Positions 45,509 to 57,253 are shown, numbered from the stretch's first letter. The stretch: 64,000 nucleotides of DNA from Polyangiaceae bacterium (GCA_044376115.1 JBILLK010000015.1:32001-96000); one strand, 5' to 3'. Translations and numbers: made by a program. The notes: generated by a model not told the origin, from the letters alone.

Positions 45509-46666
45509 ATGCGATCACTCTCCCAAGCGCTCTCAGCATCCCTCGTTCTCGCGTCCTTGGTGGCCTGTGATGACGGTGCCTCTGGTGGCTCCGGCGGAGC
45601 GGGTGCTTCCAGCTCCAACAGTGGAGGCGGTGGCGCCGGCTCCGGCGCTGGCGGCGCGAGCACAGGAGGGAGTGATCTCGGCGGCGCGAGTTCGGGTGGC
45701 GCGAGCGCGGGCGGAGGCGGGGAAGGCGCCACGGGCGGCGGCAACGTTGGAAATTACGTTGGTCGCTGCGGAGAGGAACCACCGGCAGGCGCCGAGGTCG
45801 CCGCTCCGATTCCAACTTACCAGGGTACATGCCCCACCCTTGAACCCGGCGCCAATACGCTCGTCTCCTCTGGCAACGATCGCGAGTTCATCCTCGTGCT
45901 GCCAGACAACTACGATCCCACGGCCTCTTATCCCGTCTTCTTCCTTTGGCATTGGCTAGGTGGCAGCGCCGACGAATTCCTGAACCGTGCCGAGGTTCAG
46001 CTCGCCGCCAACACGCAAAATTTCATCGCGATCATCCCGGAGAAAAAGGGGGATATCCAATTCGTTTGGCCTTACGACAAGACCCAAAGCCAAGCGCGCG
46101 TGGATGAAGAGTTAGCCTTCTTCGACGACATGCTCTCGTGCGTCGCGAGCTCCTTCTCGGTGGATAGCAACTGCGTCGCGAGCGTTGGTGTCAGCGCTGG
46201 AGCACTGTTTACCGATCAACTCGCACACCAGCGCAGCACGCACCTGAGCTCCTTCGTCTCGCTATCGGGCGGCACCGGAGGATTTGCCATCAAAGATTGG
46301 GCAACTGCAGAACATCGGCTGCCTGGGCTGGTACTTTGGGGCGGTAGCGGGGACACCTGTCAGGGGCTGCTTTCGTTCGAGGATCTTTCGGCAGACCTGG
46401 AGCAGAACCTAACCGCAGACGGGCACTTCTTCGTCGAGTGCATTCACAACTGTGGCCACTCGGAGCCCCCGTTCGAGGGCCCGCAGGGCTTCTCAAAGTA
46501 CAAGGGGATGTGGGACTTCATCCTCGACCACCCGTACTGGAACAGCCCCGGACAGTCGGTCTACCTCGAACAAGGCGTTCCCGCAGACCTTCCTGAATGG
46601 TGCGGGCTCGGCGCCGGCAGCGCTGTCGAACGCACTGGTGAGTGCATCAATCCATCGGAGTGTTGA
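45509..46666 (+). CDS. Lipoprotein alpha/beta hydrolase (PHB-depolymerase/LpqC-like esterase)
   Basis: Lipobox LVAC; REFILVLPDNYD...PVFFLWHWLGG; GVSAG nucleophile; WGGSGD; GH. Confidence 0.8.
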   Translation: MRSLSQALSASLVLASLVACDDGASGGSGGAGASSSNSGGGGAGSGAGGASTGGSDLGGASSGGASAGGGGEGATGGGNVGNYVGRCGEEPPAGAEVAAPIPTYQGTCPTLEPGANTLVSSGNDREFILVLPDNYDPTASYPVFFLWHWLGGSADEFLNRAEVQLAANTQNFIAIIPEKKGDIQFVWPYDKTQSQARVDEELAFFDDMLSCVASSFSVDSNCVASVGVSAGALFTDQLAHQRSTHLSSFVSLSGGTGGFAIKDWATAEHRLPGLVLWGGSGDTCQGLLSFEDLSADLEQNLTADGHFFVECIHNCGHSEPPFEGPQGFSKYKGMWDFILDHPYWNSPGQSVYLEQGVPADLPEWCGLGAGSAVERTGECINPSEC

Positions 46667-46689
46667 TTGCTCTATCTGGGGCGGATGCG

Positions 46690-46714
46690 GGCGCGGAGCC
46701 TTTGACTCCGCGCC
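46690..46714. terminator. Hairpin between convergent genes
   Basis: GGCGCGGAG-N7-CTCCGCGCC 9-bp inverted repeat. Confidence 0.55.
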
Positions 46715-46723
46715 GCCCGGCGC

Positions 46724-47551
46724 TCAGTTGGCGATCGTCTTGAGATCAAGCATCTCTTCGACGCTTGGAACCACGATCACATCGCAGCGTCGATTGCGCT
46801 GACGCCCTTCATCCGCGCCGTTATCAGCGATCGGATCGGTGTCGCCAAACCCTGCGGCGCTCCACTTGGCCGCTGGCATCCCGGTCGTCGTGTCATTGAC
46901 GAGGAACAACAACACCTCGCGAGAGCGCATCAACGACAGGCCCCAGTTATCGCGGAAGACGCCAGCGTAAGGCTTGCTGTCGGTATGGCCAGCGACCTGG
47001 TAGTAGCGCTGCACGAGCGAGCTGTCGGCCTTGATGACGCCAGCCACCTTGGAAAGGATCTCCTTTCCTTCTTTGCGCAGCGTCTCCTTACCTGAGTCAA
47101 AGAGCACGTCACCAGGTAGCGAGATGACCATGCGGTTGTTGCGAATGGTGACGGCCAGACCCAGTTTGGTCAGCGCATCCAGCTTCTTCTTGAGCGTCTC
47201 GAAGCGCGCCTTGATCGCCTCGAGCTGCCTGGCCTTCGCCTGATACTCAACCAAGGCCCGCTGCTGCTCCTCCACCGTCAGAGAGAGTTTGCTCAGCTGT
47301 GTGCCCGACTCATCCAAGCTCAACTTGAGCTTCGAGATATCAACGCCCGCGTTCTGAAGCTCCTGCGTCAATTGACTCACTCGGTTGCGCTCAGCCTCGA
47401 GATCCGCCTTGAGCTTCGACTCGGCGGCCTGAGACTGCTCCTCCAGCGTTTTGTACTTAGCTAGCTGCGCCTTCCACTCCTCTTCGGAGTAGCCGCAACC
47501 CGTGAAGCATCCGGCGCTCACGAGCATGACCAGAATCTTGCGTAGTTCCAC
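46724..47551 (-). CDS. OmpA/MotB-family peptidoglycan-binding lipoprotein with coiled coil
   Basis: Lipobox FTGC; heptad region; VLFDSG, VAGHTD, NWGLS..R, GFG..P..N...GR.RNRR. Confidence 0.9.
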   Translation of the reverse strand: MELRKILVMLVSAGCFTGCGYSEEEWKAQLAKYKTLEEQSQAAESKLKADLEAERNRVSQLTQELQNAGVDISKLKLSLDESGTQLSKLSLTVEEQQRALVEYQAKARQLEAIKARFETLKKKLDALTKLGLAVTIRNNRMVISLPGDVLFDSGKETLRKEGKEILSKVAGVIKADSSLVQRYYQVAGHTDSKPYAGVFRDNWGLSLMRSREVLLFLVNDTTTGMPAAKWSAAGFGDTDPIADNGADEGRQRNRRCDVIVVPSVEEMLDLKTIAN

Positions 47552-47605
47552 TTCGTGCTCCTTTTTGGGGACCTTATCCAGAGCGCGCGCGCCCGGAAAG
47601 CTCGA

Positions 47606-49210
47606 TCAAAAGCCTGTTGTTCCGCCGATCAAAAAGCGGAAGCTGGTTGGACTGGCGCCATCGATGAATGGCTCGGTGCCGAAGCCGACCAGCAGGTTAA
47701 ATGAGTGATCGCGATGATTGGGCGAGCGAATGCCGCCGAGAAACGAGAAGCGCAATAGCTCAGGATCGAAGTCATCCAAGTGCGCCCCATTGAAGACGTT
47801 GCCAACGGCAGCTTGCATGGTGCCATCGAGGAACGCCCAGATCGGCCAGTGATACTCGACCGTCGCGGCGATCGCGCTCGACCCAAGGAGCCGCCCCGGC
47901 AGAAAGCCGCGCAGCAGATCCAGATCGGGAACATTCTCGATGTGAGTAGCGCCAACCAGCTCTGTGAATGGGATGGTCTTGTTGTCTTCGAGCGCGTCTT
48001 GAAAGCGCGCTGCGATCGTCAGACTGAGAACACGCTGTGTGCCGGTCAGATCAACGAAACCAGCGGCGGTTGCGCCGTAGTTGATCCACGAGGCGAGATT
48101 CGGCTCATCGATGTCGGTAACGAGCTCTCCGGAGAGGTCCACCGCCACACCAGAGCCAGGAGCCGGACGCTCTTCCCGTGAGTCCAAAGCGGCTCGCAAG
48201 CCTGTCTTTACCGTGGTGTAGGGGCGACCGTACGAAGGTGGAGCCTCGTAAACGCCGTCCAAAATGTTGCGCCGAATCGTCGGGGTTTCACAGATGCGCG
48301 TGTAGGAGTTGTTCTCGATGATGCTGACCTGACTGGAGCAAGATCCGGCTCCCGTCGTCGTCTTCCGCACGGTGGCCCAGGCTTCGACAAAGGTACCGCG
48401 CCAGGGTTCAACGTGGGCGCGCCCTCCTCCGCCAAACGTCGTCAGCGAATAGCCACCCTCGTCCTCCGTGCGACTACGAGGCCCGATCCCCCAGAACGCC
48501 AGGTCCGACCGCGTGAGCACGTTGGCCTCAACCTGAAGAAAGGATCTCGCCCGCTCGGTACCAATCGGCGTATCGACCGGAATTCGATCGGCGATTGAAG
48601 CACGCCAAAAGTTCAACCCACCAAAGCCGAGATTCAGCCGCAGGTCGTTGCCTCTCGTGATGAAGTCATTCCAAAAGCTGTAAACGCCGACGCTCGGCCG
48701 AAACCCGAAGTCGAGGAACGCTGTCGGGACGATGCCGATGTTGTTGTCGGGGCCAAACAAGAAGACGTTGGTCAGCTCGCCGATCACGTCGTTGCTCTCG
48801 ACCGCGACGGTGAGTGCACCAACCGGTAAGCGGATGAAGGTCTCCACCACCAGGTAGACCGGAAACAGCACGATGCGCGGCAGCCACAACGCATCCTCTG
48901 CTACGGACGTTGTATCTTCGCGTCCGTCGTAGTCCTGCACAGCGCGCTTCTCACCCGGCTTGAGTGTGGGGCTGGGCGGAGCAGCCTGCTCTGACGGCGG
49001 AGCAGCCTGGTCTGACGGCGGAGCCGGACCGGGGCGCTTCTTCGGCCCGGCAGTGACCTTGGGCTTTTCGGCAGGCGCGGACTCTGTAGCTGGCGCGGGA
49101 GGATTGGGCGCCGCGCTAGCAGGAGCTTGAGCCAGAGCCATGCTCGAATGAGCCGCTACTGATACGAGGACGAGCGACTGAAGTGCTCGTGTAGTTAACA
49201 GACGACCCAT
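47606..49210 (-). CDS. Omp85/BamA-TamA-like outer-membrane protein
   Basis: Signal peptide; Pro-rich linker; LDSR, LRGFLPGRL and C-terminal F, typical of Omp85 barrels. Confidence 0.7.
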   Translation of the reverse strand: MGRLLTTRALQSLVLVSVAAHSSMALAQAPASAAPNPPAPATESAPAEKPKVTAGPKKRPGPAPPSDQAAPPSEQAAPPSPTLKPGEKRAVQDYDGREDTTSVAEDALWLPRIVLFPVYLVVETFIRLPVGALTVAVESNDVIGELTNVFLFGPDNNIGIVPTAFLDFGFRPSVGVYSFWNDFITRGNDLRLNLGFGGLNFWRASIADRIPVDTPIGTERARSFLQVEANVLTRSDLAFWGIGPRSRTEDEGGYSLTTFGGGGRAHVEPWRGTFVEAWATVRKTTTGAGSCSSQVSIIENNSYTRICETPTIRRNILDGVYEAPPSYGRPYTTVKTGLRAALDSREERPAPGSGVAVDLSGELVTDIDEPNLASWINYGATAAGFVDLTGTQRVLSLTIAARFQDALEDNKTIPFTELVGATHIENVPDLDLLRGFLPGRLLGSSAIAATVEYHWPIWAFLDGTMQAAVGNVFNGAHLDDFDPELLRFSFLGGIRSPNHRDHSFNLLVGFGTEPFIDGASPTSFRFLIGGTTGF

Positions 49211-49280
49211 CGGGTCGCTGAAGGTACAAGAAAACTTGAGCGTGCCCTACCACTGTTTCAGACACGGACGGGCTGCGACC

Positions 49281-51299
49281 TCAGGCGTTCCCCGCCGCCT
49301 CGGTCAATGCGTCGACCCAGCTCGACTCTGCGGCCGATACAGCTGGATTCCGCTCGATTGAGCAGCCCATCGGCCGCGCGGCTAGACCATTGCGATGGAG
49401 CCTGAGTACAGCGTGTTCGATCAGGCCCACCCGCTCGCTCATGCCCCAAAAGAGGGACAACAAGTCCGGACCAACCGCCTTGCGCGGTCCTGTTCCGACG
49501 TGAAAGAACGAGCCGCTGCGAAGCGTCGCTGAAAAACCTGCAATCACGTGATCCACGGGATCTTCAAACGGATCCCGTGTGCCAGGCCCGCCTCGAGCGA
49601 TGAAGCTGCGCAGCGTTTCGTTGCGGTCGAACTGACTCAACCCCAAGTTCATGCCCCGAGCTTGGGCCTCGTCGTGAATTTCCCCGAGCAACCTGTCGCC
49701 TCGCGCTGAAACGAGCAGCGATCGATCATCCACCTCCAGCGAACCGGCGAAACCGACCGGCGCCTGACCGCGAGGCGTCGACGGGGTGGGCAGGAGGTTG
49801 CCAGGGTTGAACACGGAGGCTGGGTCGAGCACCCGCGCAACGCTGCGAACAACCTCCGTTCCGAAGCCGAGCTCGGCCGAGAGGCGAGGCGCTTTGCTGC
49901 GACCAACGCCGTGATGATGCGAGATGGTTCCTCCGGCCTGTGCCGCAGCGAGCGGCGCTTCACGCCAAACCGCGTCGTACTTCCGTAGGGCTTCCTCCTG
50001 CGATTTCGCAGAACCGGCGAACGTGAAGTAGATGCTGCAACCGTCCGGGTAAGCATGCGACAGATGCGCCATCACGAAGACGTACGGACGCATCGCCTCA
50101 CGAACGGAGTGGTACAGGGCGGCCAACTTCGACCACGGCGCCGCAACCTCCATCGTGTCGCTGAAGGCGCCGGACATGAACACGGGCGCCTGACGATAGG
50201 AGACCGAATAGCGGTGCTTCTCCCAATGAAGCGCTGGTACCTCGCCCAGCGACTGCCCACCGTTCCGAGCGGCGATGTTGGCAACGCGAGCAAGGTCCTC
50301 TGCGTTCTCGCCCGCCGCGCCTTCGAAGATCAGAATCAGCAACGTGCCGCCGAAGGTCTTGTCGCCCGCAGCGTCCAGCGCAAAGTTCATCGCGCGAGGC
50401 GAACGGAGCAGCAATCGGAGCGCCGCATCCTTTAGCGCCGCACCCGCAGCTGGAGACGACTTCGACGCGTCTTTTCGGCGTTTCACAGCTCCGCGCTTCG
50501 CCATGAACGAGTCAAATGCGTCGTAAAGTCGCGAGACGGCCGGCCGAAGACCGGCCTGAAACATCTCGCGCAGGCTTTCGTAGCCCGCCTCGAGGTTCGG
50601 GAACGAATAAGCGATGTGCGCCTTCGCGCTCGCCAAGGGGTGCAACCGAAGTTCTGCGCTGGTGATGAGCCCCAGAATTCCTTCGCTGCCCACCATCAAC
50701 GGGGTCAGGTCTGGCCCTTGAGTGCGCCGACGGAACCGCACGGACTCGCCGCGACCAACGACGCAGTCGAGCGACACCACCATGTCTTCAATCTTGCCGT
50801 AGCGACCTGAACACTGCCCGGCGCTCCGCGCAGCCAGCCAACCTCCGACTGTCGAGCAGAGAATGCTGGAAGGGAAATGCCCAAGCGTGAAGCCGGCCAC
50901 GTTGAGGTCTTCCTCGAGTCGAATGCCCATGACCCCGGCCTCGACCTCGAGCACGCCGCGCTCTCGATCGATCGCCCGAACGCGGTTCAACCGCTTGAGA
51001 TCCAGGACCACCGTGCGCGAATCGGGCAGGGTCCCTCCGCACACACCCGAGCCCGCTCCGAACGGTGCGATGGGTAACCCTTCTCGCGCGCACACTTCAA
51101 CGACCCGCGCTGCGGCCTCAGCCGTGTCCGGCCAGACGACGGCGAGCGGGCGCGAACTCGGTAACTGCCCCGCGCTAACGTTGATGTGATGGCGCGGCCA
51201 AAGATCGCGCGAGTAGCTTTGTCGATCGAGAGGGGAAGAGCTGACCGCGACGCCCGGGAGCTCGCGGAACAGGTCCAGTTCAGCAGGGCCTTCAGGCAC
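49281..51299 (-). CDS. Alkyl-dihydroxyacetonephosphate synthase-like FAD-linked oxidoreductase
   Basis: PFGAGSGV, GHFPSS..STVGGW..RSAG..S.RYGKIEDMV, GSEGILG, HLSHAYPDGCSIYFTF, ISHHHGVG, NPGNL; GTG 51299 overlaps the upstream stop. Confidence 0.82.
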   Translation of the reverse strand: MPEGPAELDLFRELPGVAVSSSPLDRQSYSRDLWPRHHINVSAGQLPSSRPLAVVWPDTAEAAARVVEVCAREGLPIAPFGAGSGVCGGTLPDSRTVVLDLKRLNRVRAIDRERGVLEVEAGVMGIRLEEDLNVAGFTLGHFPSSILCSTVGGWLAARSAGQCSGRYGKIEDMVVSLDCVVGRGESVRFRRRTQGPDLTPLMVGSEGILGLITSAELRLHPLASAKAHIAYSFPNLEAGYESLREMFQAGLRPAVSRLYDAFDSFMAKRGAVKRRKDASKSSPAAGAALKDAALRLLLRSPRAMNFALDAAGDKTFGGTLLILIFEGAAGENAEDLARVANIAARNGGQSLGEVPALHWEKHRYSVSYRQAPVFMSGAFSDTMEVAAPWSKLAALYHSVREAMRPYVFVMAHLSHAYPDGCSIYFTFAGSAKSQEEALRKYDAVWREAPLAAAQAGGTISHHHGVGRSKAPRLSAELGFGTEVVRSVARVLDPASVFNPGNLLPTPSTPRGQAPVGFAGSLEVDDRSLLVSARGDRLLGEIHDEAQARGMNLGLSQFDRNETLRSFIARGGPGTRDPFEDPVDHVIAGFSATLRSGSFFHVGTGPRKAVGPDLLSLFWGMSERVGLIEHAVLRLHRNGLAARPMGCSIERNPAVSAAESSWVDALTEAAGNA

Positions 51300-53088
51300 G
51301 CTCGGCCAACACAATGATACGAGGCGACTCGGTGCCGAAGAAAACACCCGGATGAGCCGTGAGGCCGGTCACTTCAATCACTTTGAACCCCGCCTCGTGC
51401 AGCATCTTGCCGAGCTCGTGCAAGGTGTAGAGCCGAATCGAGTAGTCGAGCTCGCGCGAGAGCCCTCCCTCGAACATCGCGGTTCGCTTCACGCGCAAGC
51501 GACTGGTGAAGAAGTCGAGATAGGTATCGTCCATGCAGACGCAGCGATCGCCTTCGAACCAAACCAGCCCAGGAGCTCGCGAAGCGACGTAGTCACGATT
51601 GACGACGTCGAGCAGGAACATGCCGCCTTGCTTGAGTGAGCGATGTACGTTCTGCAAAACGGCGAGGTTCTTCTCTTCGTCGAAATAGCCGAAGCTCGTC
51701 CCCCAGCAGTAGACGCCGTCAAAGGCTTCTTCGTAGGCCATCTCTCGCATATCGCCTTGAACGAAGGTGGGAACCGTGGGGGCAGTGATCGCCCGCGTGC
51801 GGTTCTTCAGTCGCTGCTCAGCGATGGCGAGTTGACCCAGCGAATAGTCGAGGCCCATCACGTTGTAACCGCGCAAGGCGAAGTCGATGGTGTGGTCCCC
51901 CGCGCCGCACGCTAGGTCGAGCACGACCGCGTGCTTCTCCATGCCCAGGCTCTCCTCGATGAAGTTGACCTCGCGTTGAACGGTCAGATCGTCGGGCCGG
52001 TCATGCGTGCGCAGGTACTCCTCAGAGAAGATGTCTTCCCACCAAGGCTTGCCCTTCTTCGGTAGCTCGGTGACGGCCTTTGGTTCGGGGCGCGCCTTCG
52101 GAGGAGGAGGCGGAGGCTTCTTGGGCGTGTGCAGCGGCGCATCAGGGAGCGGTAACGAATCGGGCTCGATGTCCTCGATGAGGTCATCGCGCTCATCGGG
52201 GATGCGGTCCGAATCAAGCTCAATGAGGGGAGCGATCTCCTCCGTGATGATGGGGATGTCCGGCGCAGACGGCACGCGAATCGGCTCGGCCGCAGGAGAA
52301 AATGCAGCAGGAGCGGGCGGCGCCTCGGCGTAGGGCGGCGCTGAGTAATCACCAGGAGGTGGGTAGTCAGCTACAGGCGGAGCGATCGGTGTCCAGCCGG
52401 TGTCGATCTCGGAGGGGTCATGGGGAGGCGGCCACGTCACCTGGGCCGACTTGATCGGCGGAGGAGGCTCGTTCCCTACGTTGATGATGCGCAGCGCACG
52501 AACCACCGTTATCTCGTCGGCCACCGCATCCGAAAAATCGGGCAGCTCGGAAAATCCCGAAGTCTGGGCACCAACCGTCGTGGGTGGATCGGCCTCCATC
52601 ACCTCCGGCAAGACTGGCGTCAGCGTCCCATCACTCGGGCCATCGACCGCCGCTTCATGAGCGCTCTTCTTTGAGTCGACGAGCTTGACCGTCCGTCGCG
52701 AGTTCCGCTTACGCCCCATCTCGCTCGGTCGAGCTTCAACCTCGACCCTGGGTGGCAGCGGCGAGTTGCTAGGGGTCGCCGGCGGAAAGACCCCACGCGC
52801 GCGAGGGTCATAACCAACCATCCGAGGATCGTAGTCTGCCGTCGGACCGTCCTCGTGATCCGACTGATCAACCACGACCGTTCGCTCGGAATCAAAGTCT
52901 TCCGCAACGGGCTCGGCATACGCAAAACCAGCTACGTGCGGCGCGACTCCGTCGAGCGTCGCCTTGCGACCACCTTGTGACGAGGCCGGCCCCGCCGAGG
53001 GAGGACGCGAAGGACGCGGAACGGTCGCCGGCGCAGGAATTGAGGGCTTGCGACCACCCCGCGAGGCGGTTTCATCTTCTCGACTCAT
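51292..53088 (-). CDS. Class I SAM-dependent methyltransferase with long disordered N-terminal extension
   Basis: VLDLACGAG, GDMRE, TSFGYF, LKQGGMFLLD; first ~345 aa Pro/acidic low-complexity. Confidence 0.85.
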   Translation of the reverse strand: MSREDETASRGGRKPSIPAPATVPRPSRPPSAGPASSQGGRKATLDGVAPHVAGFAYAEPVAEDFDSERTVVVDQSDHEDGPTADYDPRMVGYDPRARGVFPPATPSNSPLPPRVEVEARPSEMGRKRNSRRTVKLVDSKKSAHEAAVDGPSDGTLTPVLPEVMEADPPTTVGAQTSGFSELPDFSDAVADEITVVRALRIINVGNEPPPPIKSAQVTWPPPHDPSEIDTGWTPIAPPVADYPPPGDYSAPPYAEAPPAPAAFSPAAEPIRVPSAPDIPIITEEIAPLIELDSDRIPDERDDLIEDIEPDSLPLPDAPLHTPKKPPPPPPKARPEPKAVTELPKKGKPWWEDIFSEEYLRTHDRPDDLTVQREVNFIEESLGMEKHAVVLDLACGAGDHTIDFALRGYNVMGLDYSLGQLAIAEQRLKNRTRAITAPTVPTFVQGDMREMAYEEAFDGVYCWGTSFGYFDEEKNLAVLQNVHRSLKQGGMFLLDVVNRDYVASRAPGLVWFEGDRCVCMDDTYLDFFTSRLRVKRTAMFEGGLSRELDYSIRLYTLHELGKMLHEAGFKVIEVTGLTAHPGVFFGTESPRIIVLAERA

Positions 53089-53954
53089 GATGAGCTTCCG
53101 GTGGGAGCGCCATCACCCTCTTGAGAGAGCGTGTGCACAGGCGCACCAAGTCGAATCGCACCCAGCGGATGAGTCAGCTTGGGGGACCCTTTTTCGAGAA
53201 AGACGACCGCCGTCGATCCGAGATGAAATACGCCAATCTCGTCACCACGAGCGACGTCGCGAGGCTCGGGATAGACGTGGGTACCTGGCGAAACGTCGCG
53301 CTCGTCGATCCCAGTGACCGTGATGCGGCCGACGATCATTGCGCCAACCATGACCACCGTGACCCGCCCGTGATCGGGCGAATCGATCGGGATCGCCACG
53401 CGGCGATTGATGGAAAAGAGCGACCGAATATGACGCTCACCGATCGAGTTCACGGGGAAGAGGTCCCCCGGCATCGAACGGACGCGGGAGATGGTGCCAC
53501 CCACCGGGGCGTGAACGCGGTGATAATCCCGCGGCGATAGATAGACGATGAAGAACTGCCCGCCGCTGTAGCGTGCAGCCTCGACCTCACTACCGAGCAA
53601 CTCGGCCGCAGAGTACGGCCTTCCCTTCACCTGAAAGGAGCCGCCCTCGGTGATGTCGCCACCGGCGTCGAGGCGACCATCCGAAGGGCTGACGATCGCG
53701 CTCTTGGATGGGCATTCGGGACGCGCACCAGCCACCAAGGCTCTCGTGAAGAAAGCGTCGAAACTATCGAAGGCCCCCGGGGGACGCACACTCTCCCCGA
53801 CGTTGACGTCGTAGGCTTTGGTGAATAGGCCGACCACCAGCTTGGACAGCGGAGGTGGAATGGAAGCGTCAGCGAGCTTCCCGACCGCGCGCGTGATCTG
53901 CACGCGAGGGAGGACTCGAAGAAGCTGTGCTGCTGCGTAGGTTGCAACGCTCAT
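53085..53954 (-). CDS. psd: Phosphatidylserine decarboxylase proenzyme
   Basis: FFTRAL, SPSDG, YLSPRDYHRVHAP, VGAMIVG and FHLGST self-cleavage motif. Confidence 0.95.
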   Translation of the reverse strand: MSVATYAAAQLLRVLPRVQITRAVGKLADASIPPPLSKLVVGLFTKAYDVNVGESVRPPGAFDSFDAFFTRALVAGARPECPSKSAIVSPSDGRLDAGGDITEGGSFQVKGRPYSAAELLGSEVEAARYSGGQFFIVYLSPRDYHRVHAPVGGTISRVRSMPGDLFPVNSIGERHIRSLFSINRRVAIPIDSPDHGRVTVVMVGAMIVGRITVTGIDERDVSPGTHVYPEPRDVARGDEIGVFHLGSTAVVFLEKGSPKLTHPLGAIRLGAPVHTLSQEGDGAPTGSSS

Positions 53955-54155
53955 CAGGCAAGAGCAGCGATGCTAGGCGGCCCGTTCTTGAGAGGTCAAC
54001 CAAGCACTTCACCAACCGCTCCGAAGCGCACCTATTTGGTGCGATCGCTCGATTCGGGGGCAGCAGGAGAAAACAGCTTGCAGCCAGCCGCTTTCAGAAC
54101 GTAGGGATTCCCGCCTCAATTCCGCTCGTTCGAGAAAGAGCAAAGAAAAGGGTGC

Positions 54156-54171
54156 TGGCACGATGCTGGCT
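54156..54171 (+). promoter_or_regulatory. Candidate sigma54 (-24/-12) promoter upstream of the sigma54 activator gene
   Basis: TGGCACGATGCTGGCT = GG-N10-GC in the intergenic region. Confidence 0.55.
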
Positions 54172-54272
54172 AACGCGCCGGTATGGAGGAAGAGGACGGC
54201 TGCTCCGAGGACCGCGTCAGCGCTATCGTGATCAAAGACGCCTATCGCCAGGCGCCAGACAGCACTCCCACC

Positions 54273-55742
<1,470 letters not shown>

Positions 55743-55744
55743 CG

Positions 55745-57253
55745 CTACTGCCCGTGAGGCTTCTTGCGAGCTGCGTTGCACAGAGCGGCCAACCCGGGTT
55801 CACTCGGTAGCTGCGGAGGATCCAGTTCGCGACAGGCGACCCAAGGATCGTAAGGGGCCCCCATGATCGCAAAACGCTCTGAGCGCACCGCGTCCTCGTG
55901 TCCCAAGACGCCGCGCATCGACCACCAGACCGAGTCACCGGTCGCCACATCCTTGGTTTCGCTCACCAAGGCGCGTGCGGCCTCTTCGCGTCCGTTGCGG
56001 CCAGTGGCGCGCGCCAGCAAACCGCGGATCGAAGCTTCACGCGGCAGTAGGTCTTTCGCTAGCTGAAACTCGCGCTCTGATGCTGCTGCGTGGCCGCGCG
56101 AGAGCAACAGTTCGCCCAGGCGGTAGTGCTTTCGGGCCTTGGGCAGGACTTTGGGAGCAGGAGCGCCTGGCCGGAGCGCTGGGTCAATCTCGCGACCTTC
56201 TCGCGACACGTGGGCCTTCCACTGGTCCTTCCACTCGGAGAACTTTCGCGAGCTGGCCCGCTCCACAAGATTCTCGATCGAGCCGCCGCTCTTGCACTCT
56301 TGCAGCAGCTTCGACAGGCCGGCAGCACCGGCCTCCTCGCTGTAGAAGGTCATGAAGCTCTGCACCTTGGCGTAGGTGATTTGCGCCTCGAGGGCACTCG
56401 GCAGGAGGGCGATCGACGGGCCGATCGCGTCGATGTCGGGCCCGATACCGCCGCTCAAACCCAACGCAGCCACGTCCACTGCGCGCGGGGTATCGTCGAA
56501 GGGAGACGGCTCACGCCAAGCCGACTCGAGTCTGCGCGCAACGCCCTCTTGCAGCCACAGCGGAGCTTGATCGGTGCTCGCGCGAGCCAACGCAAGATGC
56601 GTGAGTTCGTGGGCCATCGTGTCCAGAAAGCCGTAGCCGCCGTCTGCGGCGCGGGGCGAGACCATGATCACGCGGCCCCATTTGGCGATGCCGATCGTCC
56701 CTGTCGTGCGGGCGGCTGTAAGCGGTAGGCCGGTCATTTTCGAGAGGCTGAATTGATCGCGCACCAACTCGATGCGCACCCACTTCGGCATCACTACGTT
56801 CAACTCACGCTGGAACAGTGAACGGGTCCGCGAGACGACGTCGTAGATGGAGGGCAACAGCACAGCGTCCTCAGCATCTGCCAGCCGTACCCAAGACCCC
56901 GAGGCTTCATCCGTAAAGACGACCGACCCCGCGGTCGCGGATATGCAACCGCGCGCAGCCCCGCCGATTTGCCGGCCCGACTCATCCTCGAGCAAGTCAT
57001 GCTTCCCCAAGGTAGCCAGCGCACTTGCGCAATCCCCCTTGTAGAGCTCAAGGCGCGCCCGCTCGATCGCCACCATACCGTCCTGAGGATCGGCGAGCGC
57101 GAGTTTTGCCTCCGCCTCATCGACGCTGAGCTCCAAGACCAACGACCGCACATGCGAGGCCAGCGCCTTGTCGCCCAACGAAGCTTGGGTGGGCTGCGCC
57201 CCCAACATCACCACTCCGAGGAGCGCCGCTGCGATGGACCGAACTACCTTCAT
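55745..57253 (-). CDS. Exported TPR protein with peptidase MA-like (gluzincin) domain
   Basis: Signal peptide; HELTH...PLWLQEGVA zinc-binding pattern; flanking TPR helices. Confidence 0.8.
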   Translation of the reverse strand: MKVVRSIAAALLGVVMLGAQPTQASLGDKALASHVRSLVLELSVDEAEAKLALADPQDGMVAIERARLELYKGDCASALATLGKHDLLEDESGRQIGGAARGCISATAGSVVFTDEASGSWVRLADAEDAVLLPSIYDVVSRTRSLFQRELNVVMPKWVRIELVRDQFSLSKMTGLPLTAARTTGTIGIAKWGRVIMVSPRAADGGYGFLDTMAHELTHLALARASTDQAPLWLQEGVARRLESAWREPSPFDDTPRAVDVAALGLSGGIGPDIDAIGPSIALLPSALEAQITYAKVQSFMTFYSEEAGAAGLSKLLQECKSGGSIENLVERASSRKFSEWKDQWKAHVSREGREIDPALRPGAPAPKVLPKARKHYRLGELLLSRGHAAASEREFQLAKDLLPREASIRGLLARATGRNGREEAARALVSETKDVATGDSVWWSMRGVLGHEDAVRSERFAIMGAPYDPWVACRELDPPQLPSEPGLAALCNAARKKPHGQ

